Assembly (NCBI GenBank): GCA_018396955.1
Contig: JAGTQI010000001.1
Span: forward strand, 6,467-70,466
Reading direction: 5' to 3'
Source of the DNA: Candidatus Bathyarchaeota archaeon
GTDB taxonomy: Archaea > Thermoproteota > Bathyarchaeia > Bathyarchaeales > Bathycorpusculaceae
Length of the DNA stretch: 64,000 nt
Under the pieces are notes generated by a model that saw nothing but the letters and a program-made list of their open reading frames with translations, did no database searches and had not been told where the DNA came from. Positions 25,712 to 35,071 of this stretch are shown piece by piece. How positions within the stretch are numbered: position 1 is the stretch's first letter; every line of letters begins with the position of its first letter. The translations under genes and the position numbers were made by a program.

Positions 25712-26470
25712 ATGCTTATGAAGAGAATAGGAATCGTGAGCGGCAAAGGTGGTGTTGGCAAAAGCACCATAGCTGCAAGCATAGCCCTTGCCCTTGCATC
25801 CAAAGGATTCCAGGTGGGACTTGTAGATGTGGATGTCACGTGTCCCAACGTCCCAGATATTTTAGGAAAATCTGAGCTTGAAATAACAATGGATGATAGG
25901 TTCGCGCCGTCTATTGCTAGAGGTGTGAAATACGTATCAATAGGCCAGATTGCAAGAGAGGGCAACCCTATCCTCTGGGATCCTAAGGATCTTAGAAGCG
26001 CTGCCAAGCAGTTGTTGGAGCGGACTGAATGGGGAAGCCTTGACTATTTGGTCTGCGATTTTCCGCCAGGTTTTGAGGCTGAAACGTTGGAGTTGCTTCC
26101 CCTAATGGACTGTATTTTGATAGTTACAACGCCCTCAGCCCTTTCGCGGTCTAAGGTTGAGAGGATGGTTGAGGCAGCCCGCGAGTTTCAGATACCAGTT
26201 TTGGGCGTTGTTAAGAACATGAGCTACTTTGAATGTCCCTCATGCGGCTCCAGGCATAGAATATTCGCTGAGGACCACAGCTTCGAGGAGCTTGGTATTC
26301 CAACAATAGCCGAGTTTCCATTAAACTCCAAGATTGCGAATGAGAAGTGTATAAACGATTTTCCTGTTGAGGCCTTCCTGGAGGCTTTGAAGCATCCAGT
26401 TTTGTTGAAGAAAAGGCCTAAATCCTTGAGGAGGAAGCTGTTGGAGCTCATATTCAAGGTTAAAAGGTGA
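25712..26470 (+). CDS. Mrp/NBP35/ApbC-family P-loop ATPase (Fe-S cluster carrier type)
   Basis: Deviant Walker A SGKGGVGKST and MSYFECPSCGSRHRIF (the CPxC motif typical of Mrp/NBP35). Start set at ATG 25712; the track ORF extension overlaps minus-strand genes. Confidence 0.75.
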   Translation: MLMKRIGIVSGKGGVGKSTIAASIALALASKGFQVGLVDVDVTCPNVPDILGKSELEITMDDRFAPSIARGVKYVSIGQIAREGNPILWDPKDLRSAAKQLLERTEWGSLDYLVCDFPPGFEAETLELLPLMDCILIVTTPSALSRSKVERMVEAAREFQIPVLGVVKNMSYFECPSCGSRHRIFAEDHSFEELGIPTIAEFPLNSKIANEKCINDFPVEAFLEALKHPVLLKKRPKSLRRKLLELIFKVKR

Positions 26471-26474
26471 GCCT

Positions 26475-26867
26475 ATGCCCTACGTGAAAACCCTCATAGA
26501 TAGGCTTCTCTCAATCCAAGAGCGCTTCTATCCAGAGGCTAAGGAATACCTTAACATGGGAGAAGGGAAAGTTTCGTTGCTGAGGGTTGTCGGGATTGAC
26601 GGCGAAACCGTGCTCCTAAAATGTCAAGGCGGGCGAATACAGTATGCCCAAGGCAATGAAACTCCACTGCACATTTTCAGATGCACTTCTGACACTTTCC
26701 TTGATATTTTAAGCGGTGACGAAGACCTGCGGGAAGCGATAACAAAGGGACACTTCCTCATAGAAAGCGCCTCAACGGGGACCATCGACTTGGTGGAGAT
26801 GGAGAGGTGGTCAAAGGCCTTTGAAAGGCTTAGGGGGCTTGTGACAAAGTATGTTGCCCCTAAATGA
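26475..26867 (+). CDS. SCP2-like (sterol/lipid carrier) domain protein (tentative)
   Basis: ..FRCTSDTFLDILSGDEDLREAITKGHFLIES.. resembles the SCP2 C-terminal pattern. Confidence 0.35.
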   Translation: MPYVKTLIDRLLSIQERFYPEAKEYLNMGEGKVSLLRVVGIDGETVLLKCQGGRIQYAQGNETPLHIFRCTSDTFLDILSGDEDLREAITKGHFLIESASTGTIDLVEMERWSKAFERLRGLVTKYVAPK

Positions 26868-27159
26868 GCTTGTTGAAAAGACGGAGAGGGCTGTTGAAAC
26901 GGCGTTTTTGTGGCTTAGGATTTTGAAGGCTTTGAAGTGTAAGCCCATGTGTACGAGCGAGCTTAGAAGAAGCTTAAAACCCATGCCCCATAGGCCGACC
27001 ATGGAGGCAAGCCTCTTCCTTATGAGTGGCCTAGGGCTTGTTGAGAGGGTTGGGCAGGGCAGAGTTAAACCTTGGCGTTTAACAAGGAAGGGTGAAGAAA
27101 TCCTCGAAAGGGCTGGTGAACACCTTAAAAAACAGCTGAGGCTCCTCCTTGAGTCTTAA
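26851..27159 (+). CDS. Winged-helix transcription regulator
   Basis: LRILKALKCKPMCTSELRRSL...GLGLVERVGQGRVKPWRLTRKGEEIL. Confidence 0.45.
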   Translation: MLPLNELVEKTERAVETAFLWLRILKALKCKPMCTSELRRSLKPMPHRPTMEASLFLMSGLGLVERVGQGRVKPWRLTRKGEEILERAGEHLKKQLRLLLES

Positions 27160-27364
27160 GCTTCTCAAAAACCTTTTTAGGCTGAAGTGTGGCGGGCTAG
27201 CCATATTCGCCACGGTCTACGAGATTATGGATCATGAGTGGGCGGATGGAAAGCTCGCTTGTCCTCATGAAGGTTGCAAGCTGACGATCCAGCAGCATAT
27301 TAATGGAAAGCTTGTTGGAGAATTGAAGATTAAAACGTGTGCCGCCTGCGATCCGGGAGCCTAA
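27149..27364 (+). CDS. Hypothetical small Cys-containing protein
   Basis: 71-aa ORF. Confidence 0.25.
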   Translation: MSLKLLKNLFRLKCGGLAIFATVYEIMDHEWADGKLACPHEGCKLTIQQHINGKLVGELKIKTCAACDPGA

Positions 27365-28299
27365 ATGGAAGGCAACGTTGCTAAGCCGGCTATGACGGTT
27401 AGGGCTACAACTATGAAGGCTAGTATGGTGAAGCTGGCTAAAACTATTGACTTTCTCCCCTCTTCATCGTTGTGTAAGGCTGCCTGCTGGGCTATGAAGG
27501 ACAGTACTACGGCTAATGCTCCAAGCTTAAGGTTTGGCGGCAGCGTGAAATACAGTGTTAGGAAAGCAATGTAGAAGGGCAAATAGCAAATGTGCCTTAT
27601 AGCCTTCAAGCTTAAGCCTTTCCTGTAGAGGAAAACCGTCAAAGTGACTTTTGACTGTTTATTGTCTACTATGGTGTCTGGAAGGCTGTCGAGGGCTTTA
27701 ATTGAAATGAGGCTTATGAAGAGGGGGACACTTGCTGATACAATGAACGGGTCCAGAGCCTGCCTTTGGGAGTAGTAGCCGCAGTATAGGGCGAAGAGCA
27801 CTCCTATTTCCCACATGGTGTCTCCGAGGGCTGGTATTCTGTCTAGGCCGGCTGAATATGTTAGTGCGAGAAGCAAGCCGACCAAGGCTAGGGCAGAGTA
27901 AAGCCAGCCGATAAGAGTGGAAATGTGAAGCATGATTGAGACTCCGGTGATTGCGGATAGGGCCATGGCAGCTAAGTAATAATGTTTAGGGAGTATTGGG
28001 GCGTTTGGGATTTCGTATCCGAAGCCCCAGCGGGGGAGGTAACCGTCCTCCCTAAACCTTACAGAGTGAAGCTTCCTTCCCTCTTCATATTCCCCTTTGC
28101 GTATGTCCCAGTATGTGTCGTTTAAGTGGGCGGTGTAGAGGAAGCAGAAGGCGTTAAGCAAAACTAAACCCATGATTTTCCAGTTGAGATGTGGGCCGGC
28201 TGCGAAAAATCCTCCCAGCAGACATGTGAGAAGCATCAGGCTCATGGGCAATATCCTTACTTCAGCCATAAAGCCTCTAACAGCGCTCATGATGACCAT
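27361..28299 (-). CDS. UbiA-family prenyltransferase
   Basis: About 8 TM segments, first Asp-rich motif HLNDTYWDIRKGE, second ALDSLPDTIVDNKQSKVTLTVFLYRKG (D..D...G..TL.V.LG pattern). Confidence 0.6.
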   Translation of the reverse strand: MVIMSAVRGFMAEVRILPMSLMLLTCLLGGFFAAGPHLNWKIMGLVLLNAFCFLYTAHLNDTYWDIRKGEYEEGRKLHSVRFREDGYLPRWGFGYEIPNAPILPKHYYLAAMALSAITGVSIMLHISTLIGWLYSALALVGLLLALTYSAGLDRIPALGDTMWEIGVLFALYCGYYSQRQALDPFIVSASVPLFISLISIKALDSLPDTIVDNKQSKVTLTVFLYRKGLSLKAIRHICYLPFYIAFLTLYFTLPPNLKLGALAVVLSFIAQQAALHNDEEGRKSIVLASFTILAFIVVALTVIAGLATLPSI

Positions 28300-28357
28300 G
28301 CGGGCTTTTTAGAAATTATTTTATAAATGTTTGCCATGAATAGTAAATTGATGGCTG

Positions 28358-28597
28358 TTGTTTGAAGAATTTAGTGAACTGCTCAGTGTGGTGAAGGAGA
28401 TGAGTGAATTGGCAAACCTGTTTAGGGATTTGAGAGCCGACATGAAGAAGCTCATCGAAACATTAGCCGCCTTAAACAACCACATGTCAAAGCTTGAAAC
28501 CTTCGCGGAGTCCACCGCCAAACTTACAAGGGAGCTTGAGGAGGCGAACAGGAGCATCAAATCCTTAACTGATATGCTTAGGGAGCTGGGTAAATGA
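28358..28597 (+). CDS. Small coiled-coil protein
   Basis: 79-aa ORF overlapping the protease gene start by 4 nt. Confidence 0.35.
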   Translation: MFEEFSELLSVVKEMSELANLFRDLRADMKKLIETLAALNNHMSKLETFAESTAKLTRELEEANRSIKSLTDMLRELGK

Positions 28598-31206
28598 GCA
28601 CTGCACGAAGTGGGAAGGTTAACCCGTGGGCTGAAGAGGCCATTAAAAGGGTTGAAGCTAAAAGGAAGGAGCTTCAGGGCATACCCGCAGTTGTGGAGGT
28701 TGAGCCTGGAAAAGCCGAAATGGTTGCATCCCAGCTTAGAGGTTTAGGCTATAGTGTTGAAGGCGTTGTCAACGACTTTGTTTTCGTAGACCTTCCAGAA
28801 CCAGCAGACTTCGAGAGGGTTTCAAGGCTTCCATACGTAAGGATAGTTTCTGTCCAGAAGAGGATTTATCCGATGGCTCTTGGCGTTGACGAACTCTTTA
28901 AGAGGGTGGCCATAGCCACAGACCCGCTTCTCTCTAAGCTTGACGTTTCAGACCTTTACGCTTTAGGCGTCAGGGTTAAACCTGCAGCTGAAATCCCAAC
29001 ACCTTTCGGCGCCCTGGCAACTCTGGCAGCGGAGGCTTTCAAGTTTGCAGCCGACCCCCTTGGAAAGCTTATGGACTACGTTAGAGGCTTCCCGCCCGTA
29101 ATAGCAAGGGCTGACTGGAGGCTTGTCACGGATACAAGGAAGCTTATGGAGGCTCCAGACGACAACAGGCTTAACACAACATACGTTGGTAACATTGACA
29201 CGGGCATATACCTAAACCCTGCAATAGGCTTGCCTTTCATAAACTGGATATGCGACTCAATAACAGCCGAGCCTCCAATAGACACGATGGGGCATGGATG
29301 TCTAAGAAATGTTAATGTTTATACATCGTTCTGCGGTTTGGTAGCCCTCGAGGAGCTTTGGGGCTTAGTTGATGCGGAGCCAGTCCCCGTCAAAGATGGT
29401 GAGTTCAAACCCTTCACTAAAGAAGTCTCCACGATAGGACTGGAAGGCGTTTCTGGGGCGGGAGGCATTTTTAGAACAAGGGCTAGGGAGAAGGTTGTTA
29501 TAGAAACGTCCATGGGGGAAATCGAGGCAACTCCGTGGCACATGTTTCTTGTAGCGAATCCCAAGGTAGCCCCAAACTGCAAGAAAAGATGGTATGCAGG
29601 GTTCGAGTTGAAGGAGAAGAGGGCCGATGAGCTTAAGGCTAATGGGGAAAATAATGAGGGCGACTGGCTGGTTTTTAAGGCATACAACGGCGAATCATGG
29701 AGCAGCGGGCTGAACCCAAAAATAGCTTACATTGCCGGTTTAGTCAGGGGCGACGGAACAATAATTGATAAGAAATTTAAAGTTAAACGGAAGAATAGAC
29801 GTGGTAAGATATACCATACTACTACAAATAGGTATGAGGTAAGGATTGATGATAATTCAAGAGAGTTTCTAGAGAGGGTTAAAGAAATCGTTCAGAAAGG
29901 CTCTGTAAGGAAAAGAAATGAAAACGTGTATGAGCTAGCGTTCCTTGGAAAAGAACTTATTAAAGAGTTAGAGGCGTTACATGAACCCCCACTCAAGGAT
30001 CTAGAAGCTTTTAGAGCTTGGATAGCGGGATTCTTTGACGCTGAAGGATATGTTGATTTAAGAAACGATAGGTGGAGCTCACGTATAAGGATAGCGAACA
30101 CAGATGTAAAGCTACTAACACAGCTGAAAGACGCGTTAAACGCTATTGGAATACCGTGTACGCTTGTTGATGGCGGCGAAAGTAAAGGCAGTAAATCGTA
30201 TCACCTAACCATTCTAGTTCCCCAACTGTTTACGAGATTTGTGGAGCCCTACAGCATCAAGAAGATTGATGAGTTGAGGAAGGCGAACAGAACTGATAAC
30301 CCATCAATGCTTAGTAGGAAGATTAAATACGTCAACAATTACATCTTCGTCCCAGTAAAGAACGTTAAACTAGTTCAATGTGATGAATACTTCTACGATT
30401 TAGCGGATACAACATATGGCAACTATTCGGCCAGCGGTTTCATAGTTCATAATAGCTGGACCCATTCATGCGCCTTCGGTCAACCATGCCTCTCAAGATA
30501 TGGAACCTTCATTCCTGTGGCTTTGGCTCCATCCAGCTACCACGTTAAGGTGTTCACCGCGTTTGGTCCATGCTCAAGCTTCCAGATCATGAAGGCCATG
30601 GAAATGTGTGCAGTGAAAGGCTGTAAGGTTGTGAACATGAGTCTCGGCGGTCCATTGGAGGGAAGCGTTGAAGAGGATCCCGAATGTGTTTTGGCTGAGA
30701 AGCTTTACAGGCAGTATGGCACAAACTTCATAGTCGCGGCTGGAAACGACGGCGAGGAATGGAGCATAAACAGCCCGGGAGCCAGCCCATACGTTTTATG
30801 TGTGGCTGCCGTTGACTGGAAGACAATGGAAACGTCAAGCTATTCATCGCGTGGGCCGCAAGCAAGATGGTACAGGGATAACAAGGACGCCTATGACAGG
30901 GACTACCAAAAATACGGAGAAGACTTCTTGAAGCCAGATGTAGCCGGCATAGGCGGAGACAGAGAAAGCCAAATCGTAGCTGCGATGAGCCTATGGTACG
31001 ACGCCTTCTACGACTTGGTTCCAGACGGCTTCGACTTGATGATTGGCACGTCGATGGCTACACCCCATTGCTCAGGGCTTGCGGCTTTAGCCATAGACAG
31101 GGGCATACTCAGCAATATTGAAGATGTTAAGGCTAGAATGGCTCGCTTCGGAGAAAAATCTGCCGACAAAGGCTACGGGCTTTTAACATGGTCTAAGCTT
31201 CAATAA
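28594..31206 (+). CDS. Subtilisin-like (S8) serine protease precursor carrying an intein
   Basis: Catalytic motifs NIDTGI (Asp), MGHG|..|SWTH (His, split by the intein), AAGNDG (Asn), GTSMATPH (Ser); N-terminal propeptide-like domain. Confidence 0.85.
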   Translation: MSTARSGKVNPWAEEAIKRVEAKRKELQGIPAVVEVEPGKAEMVASQLRGLGYSVEGVVNDFVFVDLPEPADFERVSRLPYVRIVSVQKRIYPMALGVDELFKRVAIATDPLLSKLDVSDLYALGVRVKPAAEIPTPFGALATLAAEAFKFAADPLGKLMDYVRGFPPVIARADWRLVTDTRKLMEAPDDNRLNTTYVGNIDTGIYLNPAIGLPFINWICDSITAEPPIDTMGHGCLRNVNVYTSFCGLVALEELWGLVDAEPVPVKDGEFKPFTKEVSTIGLEGVSGAGGIFRTRAREKVVIETSMGEIEATPWHMFLVANPKVAPNCKKRWYAGFELKEKRADELKANGENNEGDWLVFKAYNGESWSSGLNPKIAYIAGLVRGDGTIIDKKFKVKRKNRRGKIYHTTTNRYEVRIDDNSREFLERVKEIVQKGSVRKRNENVYELAFLGKELIKELEALHEPPLKDLEAFRAWIAGFFDAEGYVDLRNDRWSSRIRIANTDVKLLTQLKDALNAIGIPCTLVDGGESKGSKSYHLTILVPQLFTRFVEPYSIKKIDELRKANRTDNPSMLSRKIKYVNNYIFVPVKNVKLVQCDEYFYDLADTTYGNYSASGFIVHNSWTHSCAFGQPCLSRYGTFIPVALAPSSYHVKVFTAFGPCSSFQIMKAMEMCAVKGCKVVNMSLGGPLEGSVEEDPECVLAEKLYRQYGTNFIVAAGNDGEEWSINSPGASPYVLCVAAVDWKTMETSSYSSRGPQARWYRDNKDAYDRDYQKYGEDFLKPDVAGIGGDRESQIVAAMSLWYDAFYDLVPDGFDLMIGTSMATPHCSGLAALAIDRGILSNIEDVKARMARFGEKSADKGYGLLTWSKLQ
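29299..30453 (+). mobile_element. Intein (385 aa) with LAGLIDADG homing-endonuclease domain
   Basis: Begins with Cys right after GHG, ends ..FIVHN followed by Ser+1. Two LAGLIDADG motifs (IAYIAGLVRGDGTI, WIAGFFDAEGYV). Confidence 0.85.
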
Positions 31207-31219
31207 GTAGGCTTGCGGT

Positions 31220-31522
31220 ATGCCCATAAAAATTTTGGAAAAGCTTAAAATTCCGCTTTTAGAGGTTGAGCTTCCAAGCGTTGAGCTCCCAGATTTTCCT
31301 CCGAAACCCATGCCAAAGCTTGATGATAGGCAGAGGGAGGTTCTCCGCTACGCTTTGATGGACGACCTCGCAGACGTCGTACCATTTGCTGGCGACGTGG
31401 CGTCGGATGTGGCTTACGCCGAGCTTAAGCGTTTAATGAAGCCTGAAGAGTATGAGCGCTTCGTTAAGGAGAATAAGTGGCTGCCCTCAGTTTTAGCTGC
31501 ATTAAAGGTTTTTGCGGAATAG
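31220..31522 (+). CDS. Hypothetical protein
   Basis: 100-aa ORF downstream of the protease. Confidence 0.35.
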   Translation: MPIKILEKLKIPLLEVELPSVELPDFPPKPMPKLDDRQREVLRYALMDDLADVVPFAGDVASDVAYAELKRLMKPEEYERFVKENKWLPSVLAALKVFAE

Positions 31523-31566
31523 AAAAAATTAAAAATATGAACGTTTATTATTGATTTGGTGGTTGA

Positions 31567-31818
31567 ATGCCCGAACTCCCCGATTTAACGGCTAAGCCTC
31601 CGCATAGGGTTGCGGACGATGTTTTAGACAGCCTAGTACGTGTTCCTAAAGAGTTGTCTGAATCTGTGTCTTCAGCCATAGATAAGGGGCCGTTGGGCTC
31701 TGCTGGTCCCCACAGGATGGCTGACAGCATTGCAAAGAGTATTGGAACTGCCATTGAAAACATAGGCGAGGGTATAGCCCAAGCCCTCGACGTGCCTACA
31801 AAGGCGGTGAAGAAGTAG
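31567..31818 (+). CDS. Hypothetical small protein
   Basis: 83-aa ORF abutting the next ORF. Confidence 0.3.
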   Translation: MPELPDLTAKPPHRVADDVLDSLVRVPKELSESVSSAIDKGPLGSAGPHRMADSIAKSIGTAIENIGEGIAQALDVPTKAVKK

Positions 31819-32157
31819 ATGCCTCCGCAGGAGCTTCCCAAAATATCATCCTTCACGCAGCTTTTGGCAGCGCCTGAAACCCAGTTTGAAAGCTTGGTTA
31901 AAGAAGCCTTGAAGGTGGAGCTGCCTCCAGGTCCGCAGTCAACCCTTCTGAAACTTCAAACTTCCCTTGAGGCTGGAAAGGCTCCGTCTTCTGAGGCTGT
32001 TGTTCCGAAGGCGCCTAAGCTGCCTGAGGTTCTCGGTAAACTCCCAACCCTGCCTAAGCTGGAGGATATCCTGCCCAGCGTAGAGAAGAGAGGCGAGTAC
32101 CAACTTTCTGGGGCTAAAGAGGAGAAACCGAAGACAGGTTACGTGATGAGCCGCTGA
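31819..32157 (+). CDS. Hypothetical Pro/Lys/Glu-rich protein
   Basis: 112-aa ORF with repeated PKLPE/LPKLE-like segments. Confidence 0.35.
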   Translation: MPPQELPKISSFTQLLAAPETQFESLVKEALKVELPPGPQSTLLKLQTSLEAGKAPSSEAVVPKAPKLPEVLGKLPTLPKLEDILPSVEKRGEYQLSGAKEEKPKTGYVMSR

Positions 32158-32216
32158 CCAATAAAATGGTCTTTGGCCGAATTTCGGTTAGCGGGAGCTT
32201 TGGTGGATGCTAGCTT

Positions 32217-32375
32217 TTACTCTGACAGCAGATAGCCCATCTTAAAGTGCCTTCTGAGAATCTGCTCGATTATTGCTGACCTGCTCATTCCAGTTTCCTC
32301 TGACAGCTTGTTAAGCCTTTCAAGCACTTCTCGAGTGAGAGCGATGCTGATGTTGACAGTCCTTTTCCTAGACAT
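32217..32375 (-). CDS. Ribbon-helix-helix (CopG) protein, 52 aa, not in the ORF track
   Basis: Own translation MSRKRTVNISIALTREVLERLNKLSEETGMSRSAIIEQILRRHFKMGYLLSE. Confidence 0.6.
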   Translation of the reverse strand: MSRKRTVNISIALTREVLERLNKLSEETGMSRSAIIEQILRRHFKMGYLLSE

Positions 32376-32449
32376 TGTTACTCCCTAATACAGACTGATA
32401 GTATCTTCTTATTAAAATTTAATTCCTTTTTGTAGATGGAGCTGGTTGT

Positions 32450-33148
32450 ATGGAGATTGAAGAGTTAAAGAGGTTGCTTGAGATAGATGCCAAGTCTGTT
32501 CTCAGCCGCAAGGTTGAGCCTTTTGGGACGGAATACGACATTGTGAAGCATGAGCTTGCGAAGATTAGGACGTTGAACATTTCGGAGAGAACCTTTGAGG
32601 TCCCGGGTTTGACGAGGAACCTTGAGCTTGTCTGCCAGGTCTTAGCCGAGTTTAAGGAGAAGGAGAAGCGTAACATCATGCCGCTTCAATATGCTAAGAG
32701 CGACGACATTGTTTTGATGCAGCTCCGACCAGAACACGTAGGCGAAAACTTCACGTATAAGAGGGATATAACGCTTGCAGCCGGCAAATACGTTGGAACC
32801 TTCAACGTTATTCCCCCAACAGCCGGCAAACTAACGGTTCCGACAAAGCAGATCTTCATCATCACGGACATAATAGAGCTTAGCCCCACAGCCCCCTTGA
32901 CGGCTGTTCAAGTTGTGGATGTGGATGGAGTCTCACAGTACCCAATTGAAGCCACCCTTATCACTAAGGCTACGGATATGCAGGTTTTCGAGTTCCCCCA
33001 CCCAGTTATCGCCGATGCAACGTTAGACATTGATGGAAAGGTTGAGTCGAAAACCGCAGGCGCAACCGTTACAACCTACGCGTTTCCAGTTGGCGTATGG
33101 ATAGGCTACGGCAAAGATGTGCCGGCACTAGCCAGACCAGGCGCATAG
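32450..33148 (+). CDS. Putative virion structural protein (beta-rich C-terminal two thirds)
   Basis: First gene of a same-strand run of tightly spaced genes with SDs; no recognisable family. Confidence 0.3.
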   Translation: MEIEELKRLLEIDAKSVLSRKVEPFGTEYDIVKHELAKIRTLNISERTFEVPGLTRNLELVCQVLAEFKEKEKRNIMPLQYAKSDDIVLMQLRPEHVGENFTYKRDITLAAGKYVGTFNVIPPTAGKLTVPTKQIFIITDIIELSPTAPLTAVQVVDVDGVSQYPIEATLITKATDMQVFEFPHPVIADATLDIDGKVESKTAGATVTTYAFPVGVWIGYGKDVPALARPGA

Positions 33149-33160
33149 GAGGCTGAATAA

Positions 33161-33334
33161 ATGCCAAAACCCGGATACCTTGCAGGGCACAGGCAACATA
33201 AACATTCAGTAACGGTTACTGTTGACCTGCCATCGCATACGCATGGGGGAGTTACAGCCGGAACAGATTCTACAGCTGCCTATGATTTCGCGCCAGTAAC
33301 AGTAACCGTGACCACCACTTCTGAGAAGGGCTAG
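33161..33334 (+). CDS. Small Thr/Val/His-rich protein, 57 aa, not in the ORF track
   Basis: SD aggagg lies 8 nt upstream of the ATG; MPKPGYLAGHRQHKHSVTVTVDLPSHTHGG.. Confidence 0.3.
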   Translation: MPKPGYLAGHRQHKHSVTVTVDLPSHTHGGVTAGTDSTAAYDFAPVTVTVTTTSEKG

Positions 33335-33404
33335 TTTCCCTTGCAGGGGGCTTGAACACAACAATGCGCTCCCGAAGTTTTTCTGAACGGAGGTTAAAAA
33401 CTGT

Positions 33405-34124
33405 ATGGTTGAGTTGAATAAGCCTATAGTTGAGTCTATCCTTGACGAGAACATGAACTTGGCCATTATCCTTCCAAAGGCTGTGGCTAAAGAGCCTGTA
33501 TTTGCCCTCTACTTTTTCCGTGTAATGCGAAGATACCCGCTCCACAGAACCTATGACGGCGAGCTTCCGGAAATTCCCGCAGGCGAAACGGTTGACTTCA
33601 AAATCATGGGAGAAACAGCCCTGGGAGGGGAGCCCGACATACTGGCCGTATGGGAGGAGAGGCCCTTCAGGATACTGCACTTCGCATTTGGCATTAGACC
33701 AAGCGAGATATGGCTTTACAGGAGCATTCCAGCGGGCACGCCGCAGACAGGCTGGGGCTACAAGGTTGAGCCTCCAAAAGTTGGAGACAAACGCGATTAT
33801 ATTCCGGGATGGCTAAGCCCCTATGACAATCCTACAGTGGCTACTGAATGCGTTCTATACCATAAGCTAAGCATAGAAATTGGGCTTAAAAACGACTCTG
33901 GAAGACCCATAAGGCCAAGCATGCGCATTCTTGGAGCAGGCTACGACACCATACAAATAACAAACAGAAACGTGATTGAGGGGATGCTGAGGCAGAAGCC
34001 TCCATGCAGGTTCCTAACCGTTGGAGGGCTTAGACATTTCACGTGGACAGTGCCAGAGGAGTGGGCTCCCCCAACAGAGGTTGACAAAGCCACAATAGAG
34101 AGAGTTTTGGCGGGAGGAAGCTGA
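33405..34124 (+). CDS. Putative structural protein
   Basis: 239-aa ORF with SD ggaggt; beta-rich. Confidence 0.3.
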   Translation: MVELNKPIVESILDENMNLAIILPKAVAKEPVFALYFFRVMRRYPLHRTYDGELPEIPAGETVDFKIMGETALGGEPDILAVWEERPFRILHFAFGIRPSEIWLYRSIPAGTPQTGWGYKVEPPKVGDKRDYIPGWLSPYDNPTVATECVLYHKLSIEIGLKNDSGRPIRPSMRILGAGYDTIQITNRNVIEGMLRQKPPCRFLTVGGLRHFTWTVPEEWAPPTEVDKATIERVLAGGS

Positions 34125-34125
34125 A

Positions 34126-34464
34126 TTGGCCAAGCCCGAAGACACTTTTGAAATGGAAGCTGAAGTTGGAACAAGCAAGGTTCCATTGACAAACAATACG
34201 GTTCCGCCTAACAAGTTTGCACGAAAAGTATATGGTATGCTGATACATAACAACGCGGCGACTGCAAACACGCTGACGCTTACAGTTGAACGGGAAGCAA
34301 CGGTTGAGAGGACACTTCCACCCATAACTTTAGACGCCTATGCCAGCATGGACATTTACAGGTCTGTGGATTCGCCTCTTTTCACCATGAATCCTGGACA
34401 AAACATCAAGGCATTAGCCAGCGCAAACACTATTTCAGTAATGCTTCAAGCCTACGACTTGTAA
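34126..34464 (+). CDS. Putative structural protein
   Basis: 112-aa ORF starting 2 nt after the previous stop. Confidence 0.3.
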   Translation: MAKPEDTFEMEAEVGTSKVPLTNNTVPPNKFARKVYGMLIHNNAATANTLTLTVEREATVERTLPPITLDAYASMDIYRSVDSPLFTMNPGQNIKALASANTISVMLQAYDL

Positions 34465-34489
34465 AGCGCTTTAAACTGGTAAGTTTGGA

Positions 34490-35068
34490 ATGGAGATCCC
34501 CATTCAAAGGCTTTTAGATGTTCTCACAAGGGTGGACGAGCTACTCGTTTTGCTTCTTAGGGTTGAGGAGCAGCAGTTAAAGCTTTTGCAGGCAATATCC
34601 GAGAAAATTGGCGCTCCAGCCGCGCCAGCGGTTCCGCACGAAAAAATTGAGGAGCTTGTCAGGGAGTTTAGAATACCCGAAGTTGTGGTTAGGCAGATAA
34701 TTGAGAGGGTTGCGCCGCCACCAGCAACCGTTGGACTTACAGCCGAAAGCGTTAATGAGCTGGCTAGAAAGTTGGCGGAACGCCTTCCACAGCTGCCTAA
34801 CAGGGCTGGCAAAATCGAGTTTGACACTTCAATTACAGTGTGGAAAAGCATGAGGGAGGCGAAGAAGCTTAAGCCCGCAGTAGCCCTTGGCTTTTGGGTT
34901 GAGGAGGTTGGAGGAGGATTCGAGTACACCATCGCTAAGGGAGAGATCCTTTCAGACGCAAAAAGGGCTGAGGTTGGCGACAGATGGGACATAGAATTCG
35001 ATGACATACAAATCAGGGGATTGGGAGCCGAAGGGACTGCCCGGATATGGTATTGGTGGCGGGAATAG
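34490..35068 (+). CDS. Hypothetical protein
   Basis: 192-aa ORF in the same gene run. Confidence 0.3.
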   Translation: MEIPIQRLLDVLTRVDELLVLLLRVEEQQLKLLQAISEKIGAPAAPAVPHEKIEELVREFRIPEVVVRQIIERVAPPPATVGLTAESVNELARKLAERLPQLPNRAGKIEFDTSITVWKSMREAKKLKPAVALGFWVEEVGGGFEYTIAKGEILSDAKRAEVGDRWDIEFDDIQIRGLGAEGTARIWYWWRE

Positions 35069-35071
35069 CCC

